NCBI GenBank assembly: GCA_018713745.1
Contig: DVOH01000016.1
Coordinates: 15,604-79,603, forward strand
Origin: Candidatus Stercoripulliclostridium merdipullorum
Lineage (GTDB): Bacteria; Bacillota; Clostridia; Christensenellales; DTU072
Length of the DNA stretch: 64,000 nt
Direction of reading: 5' to 3'
Part shown: one piece after another, positions 7,947-18,400 of the stretch
Layout of the letters: each line of letters starts with the position of its first letter
Position numbering within the stretch: the stretch's first letter is position 1
Program-made: the position numbers and the translations under genes
The notes under the pieces: model-generated
Seen by the model: only the letters and a program-made list of their open reading frames with translations
What the model was told of the DNA's origin: nothing
Database searches by the model: none

Positions 7947-8504
7947 TTAATCGCGATACAGAATTTTTTCGGCAATTTCGCGGCGGGAACAGCGTTGATT
8001 CATCGCTTCTTTCTCGATCATGCGATGGGCTTCGGCTTCGTCGACGCCTTTGACCGACATCAAGCGGAATTTGGCGCGTTCGATCAGTTTGATCTCTTCG
8101 AGCTGGCGGCGAAGTCGGAGGTTTTCGAGATGCAGAGAGTCGATTTTGCGGTGCAGAACGCCGAGGGTGCGGACGGTATTGAGCAGTGTCGTTTGACTGA
8201 GCGGTTTGGTCAGCACGACGATGCCGCGACCGGCGAGTCCTCCTTCGGGGTTCGGCGTGTGGTCGGCGGGCACGATCAGAACGACCGCGATGCCGCGTTC
8301 GGCGGCGGCAAGGGCAAGCTCCCGCCCCGTTCCGTCGGCAAGCGGCGCGTTGATCAGCAAAAGGGCGGGTTGAGTTGCAAGCATCGTTTTTTTTGCTTCG
8401 GCAAGGGTCGTCACGACAGACAGCGCGTAGCCGCTTGCGGCAAACAAGCGGACGGTGCGCGCGTCGATGACGGGAGTCGAAACAAACAATGCCGGTTGCA
8501 ACAT
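7947..8504 (-). CDS. ANTAR-domain RNA-binding antiterminator with receiver-like N-domain (NitR-like)
   Basis: 185-aa ORF. The C-terminus (LEEIKLIERAKFRLMSVKGVDEAEAHRMIEKEAMNQRCSRREIAEKIL) is a clear ANTAR helix bundle. The N-terminal half has the receiver fold. Sits 10 nt downstream of glnA with its own SD. Confidence 0.8.
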   Translation of the reverse strand: MLQPALFVSTPVIDARTVRLFAASGYALSVVTTLAEAKKTMLATQPALLLINAPLADGTGRELALAAAERGIAVVLIVPADHTPNPEGGLAGRGIVVLTKPLSQTTLLNTVRTLGVLHRKIDSLHLENLRLRRQLEEIKLIERAKFRLMSVKGVDEAEAHRMIEKEAMNQRCSRREIAEKILYRD

Positions 8505-8514
8505 AACAGCTCCT

Positions 8515-9807
8515 TCAGATACGGCTTAAGTAGCGGCGCAAGGTGTATTCGCGCTTGTCGATCGCCTTCTGATAATCTTCCCACTCCTGTTTTTTTGCGG
8601 CAAGGAAGCGGGCAAAAACGGAGGGCGGCAGGACGGCGCGAACAAAGTCCGACCGTTCGGCAAAGGCAATGGCTTCGCCGAGATCTGCGGGCAATGCTTC
8701 ATAGGGGGGATCGATCGCCTCGTAAAGATTGAGGTCGGCAGGCGGGGCAAGGCGCATCGAATGCTCCAGTCCCTCGGCACCCGCCCGAAGAATCAGCGCA
8801 TAGGCAAGGTAAGGGTTGCAGGAGGGATCGGGAGAACGCAGTTCCATCCGCGAGTCGGCGCCGCTTGCCGCGGGAATCCGCACCAGCTGCGAGCGGTTTT
8901 CGCGCGACCAGCTGACATAGCGCGGGGCTTCGTACTCGCCGAGACGCTCGTAGGAGTTGGCAAGGGGATTGCAAAAGAGAGAAATCTCTTTGATGCGATT
9001 CAGGATCCCCGCGATAAAGCTTTCGGTTTCCGATTTGTTGGCTTGTCGGGCAAACAGGTTTTCGCCGTTTTTGAGGAGGGAGAGGTTGACGTGCATCCCC
9101 GATCCCGCGGAATCGGGGAGGGGTTTGGGCAAGAAGGACGCAGTCAGTCCCAAGGTGTCGGCAACCGTGCGGACGACGGTACGGAAGGTGACGACGTCGT
9201 CTGCCGCGACGGCGGCGTCGTTGTAGCGGAAGTCGATTTCGTTTTGCCCGGGGCCTTGCTCGTGGTGGGCGGTCAGGGGTTGAATGCCCAATGCTTCGAG
9301 CGCGACGCAGATCCGTTTGCGGACATCCTCTCCTTTGTCGAGGGGGCTGACGTCCATATATCCTCCGCGGTCGAGGGGCTGGGGCTGCCCCGACGATTTT
9401 TCAAACAAATAGAATTCGCATTCGCTTCCGATCTGACAGAGATAGCCTTTGCGGGCAAGGTCGTCCTGCGCCCGAAGCAGCAGGTTGCGGCAGTCCCCCT
9501 CGAAAGGCGTTCCGTCGGGTCGGCGAATATTGCAGAAAAACCGGATCGTCGCGCCTTGCTCCGACCGCCACGGCAAAAGGCTAACCGTGGAGGGATCGGG
9601 GAACAGGAAAAGGTCGCTTTCTTCGACGTTCATGAATCCCGCAACGGCGGAGGCGTCGAACGAAACGCCGTGTTCGAACGCGCGGGGAAGCTCTTCGGCA
9701 ACGAGAGTAATGTTTTTTTGCGTTCCGAAGAGGTCGGCAAAGGTCAGGCGGACAAATTTGACTTGATTGTCCCGCACAAACTGCAGGACTTCGCGGACGG
9801 TGTTCAT
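8515..9807 (-). CDS. glnA: Glutamine synthetase, type I
   Basis: 430-aa ORF. N-terminal beta-grasp (VKFVRLTFADLFGTQKNI) and catalytic domain motifs (GSECEFYLF, GSGMHVNLSL, NPYLAYA). Confidence 0.9.
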   Translation of the reverse strand: MNTVREVLQFVRDNQVKFVRLTFADLFGTQKNITLVAEELPRAFEHGVSFDASAVAGFMNVEESDLFLFPDPSTVSLLPWRSEQGATIRFFCNIRRPDGTPFEGDCRNLLLRAQDDLARKGYLCQIGSECEFYLFEKSSGQPQPLDRGGYMDVSPLDKGEDVRKRICVALEALGIQPLTAHHEQGPGQNEIDFRYNDAAVAADDVVTFRTVVRTVADTLGLTASFLPKPLPDSAGSGMHVNLSLLKNGENLFARQANKSETESFIAGILNRIKEISLFCNPLANSYERLGEYEAPRYVSWSRENRSQLVRIPAASGADSRMELRSPDPSCNPYLAYALILRAGAEGLEHSMRLAPPADLNLYEAIDPPYEALPADLGEAIAFAERSDFVRAVLPPSVFARFLAAKKQEWEDYQKAIDKREYTLRRYLSRI

Positions 9808-9839
9808 AGTGCCTCCGGCATCTTTGTAAGTATAGATTT

Positions 9840-9868
9840 ATTTTACTCTTCCAAACGGCTGTCGTCAA
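9840..9868 (-). promoter_or_regulatory. Sigma-A type promoter for glnA
   Basis: Minus strand TTGACG (9868-9863), 17 nt, TAAAAT (9845-9840). Short leader with GGAGG before the ATG. Confidence 0.45.
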
Positions 9869-9952
9869 TGGGAGGCGGAAAAGCAATCGAAGCGAAGTTG
9901 ATTTATTTACGATAGATTTGCCTTAAAAAATCGGCGGGCTATGCAAAAATCG

Positions 9953-9982
9953 TTGACAAGAAGCGTCTTGAACCGCTATACT
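9953..9982 (+). promoter_or_regulatory. Sigma-A type promoter for glnN
   Basis: TTGACA 9953-9958, 18-nt spacer, TATACT 9977-9982. Confidence 0.5.
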
Positions 9983-9995
9983 GAGACCAACTTGA

Positions 9996-10011
9996 GCAAC
10001 AAAGGCGTTGC
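9996..10011 (+). promoter_or_regulatory. Candidate antiterminator hairpin with ANTAR-type hexaloop
   Basis: GCAAC (9996-10000) / GTTGC (10007-10011) stem closing the loop AAAGGC (A at position 1, G at position 4). Its 3' half is shared with the 5' arm of the terminator that follows. Confidence 0.4.
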
Positions 10012-10036
10012 AGAGATGCTCTGCGACGCCTTTTTT
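10004..10036 (+). terminator. Intrinsic terminator inside the glnN 5' leader
   Basis: GGCGTTGCAGAG (10004-10015), loop ATG, CTCTGCGACGCC (10019-10030; one G-U pair), then TTTTTT 10031-10036. Located about 70 nt upstream of the glnN start. Confidence 0.6.
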
Positions 10037-10106
10037 AACATTGTAATGTGCGCCCGCGCGCTGAGTGGAACAAAAATTACCGAAAAGGAAAAAAGGAGAA
10101 CCGACA

Positions 10107-12185
10107 ATGAATATGTCCGAACTGTTCGGCTGTATGGTGTTCAACGATTCCGTCATGCAGGAACGTTTGCCCAAGGCGACGTATAAAGAACTCAAAACCT
10201 GCATCGCCGAGGATCGTAGTCTTCCCCTTCACGTTGCCAACGTCGTTGCCAACGCGATGAAGGACTGGGCGATCGAAAAAGGTTGTACGCACTTTACGCA
10301 CTGGTTCCAGCCGATGACGGGGGTAACCGCCGAAAAGCACGACTCGTTTATCAATCCGACGCCCGACGGCAAGGTGATTATGGAGTTCAGCGGCAAGGAG
10401 CTGATCAAAGGCGAACCCGACGCGTCGAGTTTTCCGTCCGGGGGACTGCGCGCAACGTTTGAAGCGCGGGGATATACCGCCTGGGATCCCACGTCCTATG
10501 CTTTCATCAAAGACGGAATCCTGTGCATCCCGACGGCGTTCTGCTCGTACGGCGGGGACGCGCTGGACAAAAAAACGCCTCTTCTGCGCAGTATGGAAGC
10601 CGTCAACCGCCAGGCAATGCGGATCATCCGTTTGTTCGGCAAAACCGACGTTCACAAGGTTCTGACGACGGTCGGGTCGGAGCAGGAATACTTTTTGATC
10701 GACCGCGAAATGTTTGACAAGCGCAAAGATCTTTTGCTGACGGGCAGGACGGTGTTCGGCGCCAGAAGTCCCAAGGGACAGGAGCTGGAAGATCACTATT
10801 TCGGCGCCATCAAACCGCGCGTCGTCGCTTATATGAAAGAGCTGGACGAAGAACTCTGGAAACTCGGGATTCTTGCCAAAACCAAGCACAACGAAGTCGC
10901 TCCTGCGCAGCACGAGCTTGCCCCGATTTATACGACAACCAACATCGCGACCGATCAGAACCAGCTGACGATGGAAGTGATGAAAAAAGTTGCGGCAAAA
11001 CACGGGATGGTCTGTCTGCTGCACGAAAAACCGTTTGCAGGCGTCAACGGCAGCGGGAAGCACAACAACTGGTCGATTTCGACCGATCTCGGCGAAAATC
11101 TGTTGGAACCCGGCGATACGCCCTACGAAAACGCACAGTTTCTGCTGTTTCTCTGTGCCGTGATCAAAGGGGTGGACGAGTATCAGGATTTGTTGCGGAT
11201 CTCGGTCGCGAGCGCAGGGAACGACCACCGTCTCGGCGCCAACGAAGCGCCTCCCGCGATCGTATCGATGTTCCTCGGCGAGGAGCTGACCGGCATTCTC
11301 GAGGCGATCGAAGGCGGCAGAACTTATTCCCGCCGCGCAAAGTGCGAAGTGGAAATCGGCGTGCACGTTCTGCCCAAATTCCCCAAAGACAGCACCGACC
11401 GCAACCGTACCTCTCCGTTTGCGTTCACGGGCAACAAATTCGAGTTCCGTATGCTGGGATCGACCTTCAGCATCGCGGGGTCCAATATCGTCCTCAATAC
11501 GATTGCCGCCGAAGAACTTCGACGTTTTGCCGACGAACTGGAGGCGGCACCCGACTTTTTGCCCGCGATCACCGAAATCGTCAAGCGGACGGTCCGCGAA
11601 CACAAACGGATTATTTTCAACGGGAACAACTATTCGGACGAGTGGGTCAAAGAAGCAAAGCGCAGAGGGCTTAGCAACTTCCGCACGGCGGCGGACGCGA
11701 TTCCGCACTTTGCCGATGCGCACAACGTCGAATTGTTTGTCCGACACGGCGTCTTTACCGAAAGCGAAGTCAAAACCCGTACCGAAATTTTGTTGGAAGG
11801 CTACTGCAAAACGCTGCACATCGAGGCAATGACGATGATCGATATCGCCCGTCAGCAGATCTTGCCCGCCGTTCTGAAATACGGCAAGGAACTTGCCGGC
11901 GCCGCGCTCAAAATGCGGGAGCTGTCCGCCGAGATCGATACGTCGGTCGAAATCGGTCTGATCAAAAAGCTGACCGACTTCGGCAAAGAAGCCGCCGGCG
12001 CATTGCAGCTTCTCGAGCGGGAGACCGAAAAAGCCGCGGCAAAAATGAGTGCCGAGGCATACCGCGACAAAGTGATTCCCGCAATGGAGCGGCTCCGCAA
12101 AGCCGTGGACGAACTGGAGCTGTATACCGCGTCGGAATACTGGCCGCTCCCGTCTTACTGCGATCTGCTGTATTCCGTCCGATAA
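10107..12185 (+). CDS. glnN: Glutamine synthetase, type III
   Basis: ATG at 10107 preceded by AAAAGGAG. The roughly 692-aa product begins [30 protein letters not shown]... and carries HWFQPMTG and [10 protein letters not shown] motifs typical of GSIII. Confidence 0.9.
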   Translation: MNMSELFGCMVFNDSVMQERLPKATYKELKTCIAEDRSLPLHVANVVANAMKDWAIEKGCTHFTHWFQPMTGVTAEKHDSFINPTPDGKVIMEFSGKELIKGEPDASSFPSGGLRATFEARGYTAWDPTSYAFIKDGILCIPTAFCSYGGDALDKKTPLLRSMEAVNRQAMRIIRLFGKTDVHKVLTTVGSEQEYFLIDREMFDKRKDLLLTGRTVFGARSPKGQELEDHYFGAIKPRVVAYMKELDEELWKLGILAKTKHNEVAPAQHELAPIYTTTNIATDQNQLTMEVMKKVAAKHGMVCLLHEKPFAGVNGSGKHNNWSISTDLGENLLEPGDTPYENAQFLLFLCAVIKGVDEYQDLLRISVASAGNDHRLGANEAPPAIVSMFLGEELTGILEAIEGGRTYSRRAKCEVEIGVHVLPKFPKDSTDRNRTSPFAFTGNKFEFRMLGSTFSIAGSNIVLNTIAAEELRRFADELEAAPDFLPAITEIVKRTVREHKRIIFNGNNYSDEWVKEAKRRGLSNFRTAADAIPHFADAHNVELFVRHGVFTESEVKTRTEILLEGYCKTLHIEAMTMIDIARQQILPAVLKYGKELAGAALKMRELSAEIDTSVEIGLIKKLTDFGKEAAGALQLLERETEKAAAKMSAEAYRDKVIPAMERLRKAVDELELYTASEYWPLPSYCDLLYSVR

Positions 12186-12206
12186 ACAATCTCGGCAAAC
12201 CCAAAA

Positions 12207-12239
12207 ACCCGCGCAAAAAGCGCGGGTTTTATTTTTTTT
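12207..12239 (+). terminator. Intrinsic terminator after glnN
   Basis: ACCCGCGC (12207-12214), loop AAAAA, GCGCGGGT (12220-12227), followed by a T-run to 12239. Confidence 0.7.
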
Positions 12240-12369
12240 GTCGATTCGGATTCCGATCGTACCGGAACGGAATCCCATTATATCGGAAAGAAAAATCAAC
12301 CGCGGCAATCGGCGCGGAAAATGCCGATGATGCACAAAAAAAGAAAAAAACGGGAATTAACAGAAAGTA

Positions 12370-12398
12370 TTGACGGGCAGAAATTTGTCTGATATCAT
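12370..12398 (+). promoter_or_regulatory. Sigma-A type promoter for the giant surface-protein gene
   Basis: TTGACG 12370-12375, 17 nt, TATCAT 12393-12398. Confidence 0.4.
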
Positions 12399-12461
12399 TA
12401 CAATGTATAGTAATCTGTACTTTTTACGCGCGCGATGCGTAAGAAGTGAGGAGAGGAAGTT

Positions 12462-15400
12462 ATGACGCGATTTGCCGATCGATTGTTCAGACGCAAAATG
12501 CTGCTCGCTTTGGGGCTTGTTGTGTTGGTCGTGATGACCGCGGTATTTGCATGGGGGGCGGCACCCGACCCCGCGCCCGCGGTGCAGGCGGCATGGAGCG
12601 GGAACGCCGCTTCGGGATTTGCCGGCGGAACGGGGACCGCAGATGATCCTTACCGCATCGCGACGGCAGAGCAGCTCGCCTATTTCCGTAATCAGGTCAA
12701 CGGCGGCAGAACGTTCGAAGGGGAATACATTGTCCTGACCGCCAACATCGATCTGATCGGCACTTCGGGCACAAAGCAGGGCTTCGGGACGATCGGGACA
12801 CCTACAATTGATTACGGAGAGGAATACCGGCCAAATGGGGCGGGCGGAAATGTTCGTATCGCAACCGGCGTCAGCGGCACGCCGTTTCAGGGCGTGTTTG
12901 ACGCGCGGATTTACGAAATCAAAAATCTGTATTGGAACGGCGGCGACTATCGCGGACTTTTCGGCTATATCGGCGAAAAGGGGAAGGTTTACAACGTAAC
13001 GATCTCCAACGTCGAGCTGATCTCGACGGGGTCGCTCAACGGGACGATCGCCGCCGTCAACCGCGGACTGATCGACAACTGCGTCGTCGCAAGCGGAACG
13101 GTCAAAAGCGCGGGAAGAGCGGGCGGCATCGTCGGCTTCAATTACGGCGGTACGGTGCGCAACTCGATCAACTGGGCAAATGTTTCGGCAAATGGAAAAT
13201 CGATCGTCGGAAATCATATCCCGGGGATTCACAATGTCGACTGGCTCGGGTCTGATTTCGGCGGTATCGCGGGCGTCATGACTTCGGGCGCCGTCATCGA
13301 TCAGTGCGCCAATTACGGCAACGTAACAGGTAGCGCCGAAGTGGGAGCGGATTCCGGTGGCACCAGGGCAGGCGGTTTGGCAGGGCTCCTTGATACTTCG
13401 ACGATCAGTGATTCCTATTTTATCGGCTCCTTGTCCAACCGCAACACGAATGACATCGGAGGCTTTACCGGTTCTATTTACGACGGTACGGTGACAAACT
13501 GTTATCACCAAAGCGGGGCATCCAAATTGTACGGGTGGGAGCAGTCGACAACCGGCGGCACCCGCACCAACAACCATGCAAGCGGTTCGGAGGCGGCAGG
13601 AAGTCTGAATAACGGAGTCTGGAAGGTCGACACCGCCCGCCACAACGGCTATCCCTATCTGATCAACACCAGACTGTTCGACAGCTATGCCGCGTCCCAG
13701 TCCGATCTCGGGCTTCTGCCCGAAGGTAGCGTTCCCGCAGGATATAACAATACTAACGGGACCCCAATAAGCAGTGCGGATGATTTTTATGCGTTTAGAA
13801 ATGCAGAAAATACAACCCAAAATTATTATTTGACGCAAGACATCACCGTTACATATCCCAAAAACGGCAATAACATTGTACATTATGGTTTATGGTACGG
13901 AGGAACTTTTGACGGGAACGGACATACCATCACGTTTCAGGCAGGAACTTCAGGCAGTTGGTGCAGTACGATGCGGTACAGCCGGGCATTTGGTGGATTT
14001 TTTGCGTCAACCATTAATGGCGGAACCGTCAAAAACCTGAAAATCGTTGTGGAGGATTCCTATACGACAACCGATCTCGACAATACAGAAGTAACAAGCG
14101 GCTTCGGTGTTATTGCAGGAGATGTCTCGGGTGCAACGATCGACAATGTTTCGGTTGAAGTGAAGACGCTTAAGTTCCATACGGAATGTAACTATGGAGG
14201 ATGGACTAACAGAGTAAATTGGTATGGACAAACCAGTTTCGGCGGTTTGTTCGGAACGGCAAACGATGCCAACAATAACGGCGTAACGATCCGAAATACG
14301 AGCGTAACATTTACAGGAACGCCGGAATTCAAAAGAAAAACGGATGATGGTGGCGTTTGGTCTTTCTTTGGAGGGTTAATCGGTAATATCAAAAACACCG
14401 CGGCAATCAATATACAAGGAGTGAGGGTTCATTTCCAAAACGGTGCCAGGTATTTGATGTATCGGAGCAACAGCGGTCATTTTGGCGGAATGATCGGGGA
14501 AACATATGCGGGCGGAACGGTCAATATTTCGGACAGCTTTTACGATTTCGACGGAGAGTTATACACTGAAAATTTGACCGGCGGATACAAAGGGAAACTG
14601 ATCGCCGCAGTACAAAGCGGCACGACAAAACTGAACAATATCTATTACGGACCCGGTGCAGAAGCTTCCAAAATCTATGTACCTAACGGGGGAGAGCCCA
14701 CGCAAAAAAATTATTATGAGATTGCAGGCTTTGATGGAGCAGGATTTCTTCGCGCTGACTTTGATCCCCAAACACCGGGAATGATGTGGGTTACCCTGAA
14801 TGCCGACGGGGGGAGTGAAACCCTCGGCCGCGCGGGAGAGTGGGACTGGAGTAAGGACTGGGACGGCATGATCCTGGTCGGCAGTCAACCCGGGACCTAT
14901 TCGGTCCGGATGTCGACGGCGCAACTCAAAGCGTTTTCGACCCTTAACAAAGGAACGGGATCGGTTTCCAACGATCTTTATACGGATGTTAATCTTTCTT
15001 CTTCCTTATCCTTTTCGGGACAGGCCTCCGGCATCGTTTCCGAACTGCGCAAGTGGCAAACGTCACCGCCCGAAATGCGAAATTATTTCGGGACCTGGCG
15101 CGGAGGCATTGCCGTTGAGAGCGGAAGCGGTACGGTCGAGATCTTCGACAAGGAGACGGGAGAATTTGTCTGGGCGACCGACGGGAGCCAAAACGGCAAT
15201 TACTTTGACAACGACGGCAATCTCGTCACCAATGACAAAGGGATCGGGCATTTGATCCCGGGGACGTATGTCGCGCGCCTTGTTCATCCCTATGCTGCCG
15301 TCTTGCATCATGGATCTACCAACCGGTATTGGTACGACTTCGAGACAATTCCTTTTGTCGAATTTACCATCGAGCCCAAAACCGTGACGGTCGAGGCCTC

Positions 15401-18400
15401 TGCTTCTTATGTCTACGGCGATAAGGCGGCAGGCGCCGATCTCGGGCACACCGTTTGGACGTCGGGCGGAACGCAAATCACGGCAGAGGACTATACCTTT
15501 ACGACAAGCGGCAATATCGCAGAGATTCCCTTCTATCTCACGTTTTCGGTTGCGGCGGCAGGGACTTCTCCCCGCCCGGCAGGAAGCTATCCGATTTCGG
15601 TCTCTACCTCGTCGCCGATCTACTCCATTGGCGGAACGGCAGGAAACTACGTCGTCAGTCCTAAGCCCGTCACCGTGACGATCGCAAGCGCCAACAAAAC
15701 GTACGGCGACGGCGATCCGACGTTTGCCTGGTCGACGACGGATACCCTTCCTTACGGCGAAGTCGCGAAAGACGTTTTGGGTATTACGCTGTCCCGCGAC
15801 GAGGGCGAAGACGTCAAAGATGGCGGCTATGCGATCACGGGATCGTCGACCAACGGGAATTACGCCATCAGCTGGGCCAACGGAACGCTGACGATCAACC
15901 CCAAAGCGATTACCGTGACGATCGACGACAAAACGCAGGTTTACGGGGATCCCGAGGAAACTTTGACCTGTAGCGTCGGCGGTCTGGTGAACGGCGATAC
16001 CGAAGGGGATCTCAACATTCACTTACAAAGAGCGGAGGGGCGAGACGTGGCGAAGTATCCCATTACGGGGACTTATACCAACGCCAATTATACCGTCACG
16101 TTTACGGACGGTGTTTATACGATCACCCCGCGTCCGATCACCGTGACGATCGCAAGCGCCAACAAAACGTACGGCGACGGCGATCCGACGTTTACCTGGT
16201 CGACGGCGGACTCGCTCCCTTACGGCGAAGTCGCGGAAGAAGTTTTGGGTATTACCCTGTCCCGTGAAGGGGGCGAAGACGTCAAAGATGGCGGCTATGC
16301 GATCACGGGATCGTCGACCAACGGGAATTACGCCATCAGCTGGACCAACGGCACGCTGACGATCGACCCCAAAGCGATCACCGTGACGATCGACGACAAA
16401 ACGCAGGTTTACGGGGATCCCGCAGTTGCGTTGACCGCGCAGACAGAGGCGACGCTTCCTTACGGCGATCTGCTGGAAAATATCGTGTCACTGACCCGCG
16501 AAGCGGGCGATACCGTCAAAGAGGGCGGCTACGCGATCACGGGCGAAGGAGTAAGCGACAACTATAACGTCACATTTCATAATAACGGCGTTTATACGAT
16601 CACCGCGCGCCCCGTTACCGTGACGCTGACCTTCGGCGGTTTGACGGAAGAGGGCGGCATCTATTATTGGACGTACGGCGATTACGGCGCGGGCGGCTTC
16701 GGAACCGGAACGGCAACGATAACCGTTTCGGAGAGCGGCTTGGTATCGGGCGACGGCGTCGGGGCAGACTTCGCCGTTACGCAAGAGGGCATTGCCGCAA
16801 CCCTGAAAAATGTCGGAACCTATACCTTCGGCATTGTGTTGACGGGGGACAACGCCCGCAACTACGCGCTGACCAAAGTGTTTGAAGGGATTACGGGCGA
16901 AGGCGACACGCGCGATGTCGAAGTCCGTCCGTTGGTGCTCGAATATACGACGAAGTCCGCAAGTTTTGTATACAATGAATATACGGCGGAAAAGCCGCTT
17001 CCCTCCCCCGACGCGATCGGCGCCAAGGCAACTCTCGAGACGGAGCTTCCGTACGGCGACGCGGAGCCGGAAATTGTCCTTGTTTATACCGATGATCCCG
17101 CCGAGATCATGAAATTGTCGGTGGGGGAATACAAAAAAATTCTGATGCAACTCGCCGAGGGGCAAAGCAATTACAGCCTTTCCGCAGACAGCGATCTGAT
17201 TACGCTGATCATAGAGAAGGGGACGATCTCTCTTGCGTTGGACGAAAGTTTTGTCACGGATTATACCTATGCGGCGGATCTTAGCGTTTCGTTCGGCGAT
17301 AAATTGACCGCGAAGGACGAGTTTGGGAAGCCTTATGTTCCCCAATATACTGCCAAACTCTATTTCGACGAAAGTAAAAAGTGGTTTGAAGGTACGACCT
17401 CGGTCGGTGTTCCGTATGTTCCGTCCGTCGATCAGGAAGAAACGTTTGTTACGCTGACGCTCGAAATCCTTGTAAGCAGCGATTCCAACTACAACGACGC
17501 TACGCTGACGGTACCGATTACGTTGCGGAAAGGGGCGTTCGATCTTACGGGCGTAACGTTTGAGAATCAGACGTTTATCTATGACGGAACCGCGCACGAA
17601 ATGGCTTTTGCGGGGTTGCCGATCGCGCAGAACGGTGAAACGCTGAGCGGCAGCGTCGTTTATCCCGACGGCGCCGATCGCGTCAACCATACCCCCGCCC
17701 CGATCGCGGCGCAACTGGTCTTTACCGTTTCGGGCAAAGAGTATGACGGAATTACCTATTATAATTACAAGATTCCCGATCCGTGGACGGCGACCATGAC
17801 GATCGACAAGGCAACCGTCGATCTCTCCCGCTACGGCTTGGTGCTCGAACGCAGACAACAGGCGGACGGCGCGGTACGCGAAACCCTTACGATCGAAGGG
17901 AGTTCCGTTACGGTTGTTTATTATGCGGGGTGCGCGTTCTTCGTCGTGCCCGACGCCGATCTTCCCGCCTTTATCGAGGCGGAGATAACGGGAGAAGCCG
18001 CCGCGACGGGTGCCGGCGCGGTCAAGTGGGATGTGACGAATCGGAAAGCGCTTTCCTATCAATTCACCGTTAAGTTCAGTCTGAGCGACGCAAACGGCAA
18101 TTACGAAATTTCCGGCGCCGATCAGCGCACCGTCGAGGTTACCGTCGAACAGCGCAAAGTTACGCTGTCGCCCCGTCGACAGGATACCGTATTTAACGGC
18201 GAACAGCAGATTCCGAGTGCGGACCTTACCAAGTGGCGGTACGCCTTCGAGGGTGTAGAAGGAGAGGCGCTTGCCGCTTTCCTTGCCGACTTTGAGAAAA
18301 GCGGAACGTTTGCCGCGCGTGCCGAGTCCTTTACCTCGATCGGCACTGATAAGGCGGTCAACGCCGGGATTTACGCCATCAACGGCGTTTATACCCCCGA

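Noticed and set aside
9821-9845. GlnR/TnrA box (TGTNA-N7-TNACA) at the glnA promoter
   Set aside because: Only one half-site-like element (TGTAAG / CTTACA) is present and there is no matching second half at the right spacing. The support is insufficient.
9951-9972. First hairpin of a canonical two-hairpin ANTAR target upstream of the AAAGGC hairpin
   Set aside because: The only candidate (CAAG-AAGCGT-CTTG, 9957-9970) overlaps the predicted -35 region, has C rather than G at loop position 4, and lies 25 nt from the second hairpin. I did not count it as evidence.
10077-12335. 752-aa minus-strand ORF overlapping glnN
   Set aside because: It is antisense to a confidently identified type III glutamine synthetase. 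It has no SD or promoter and its composition is not protein-like.
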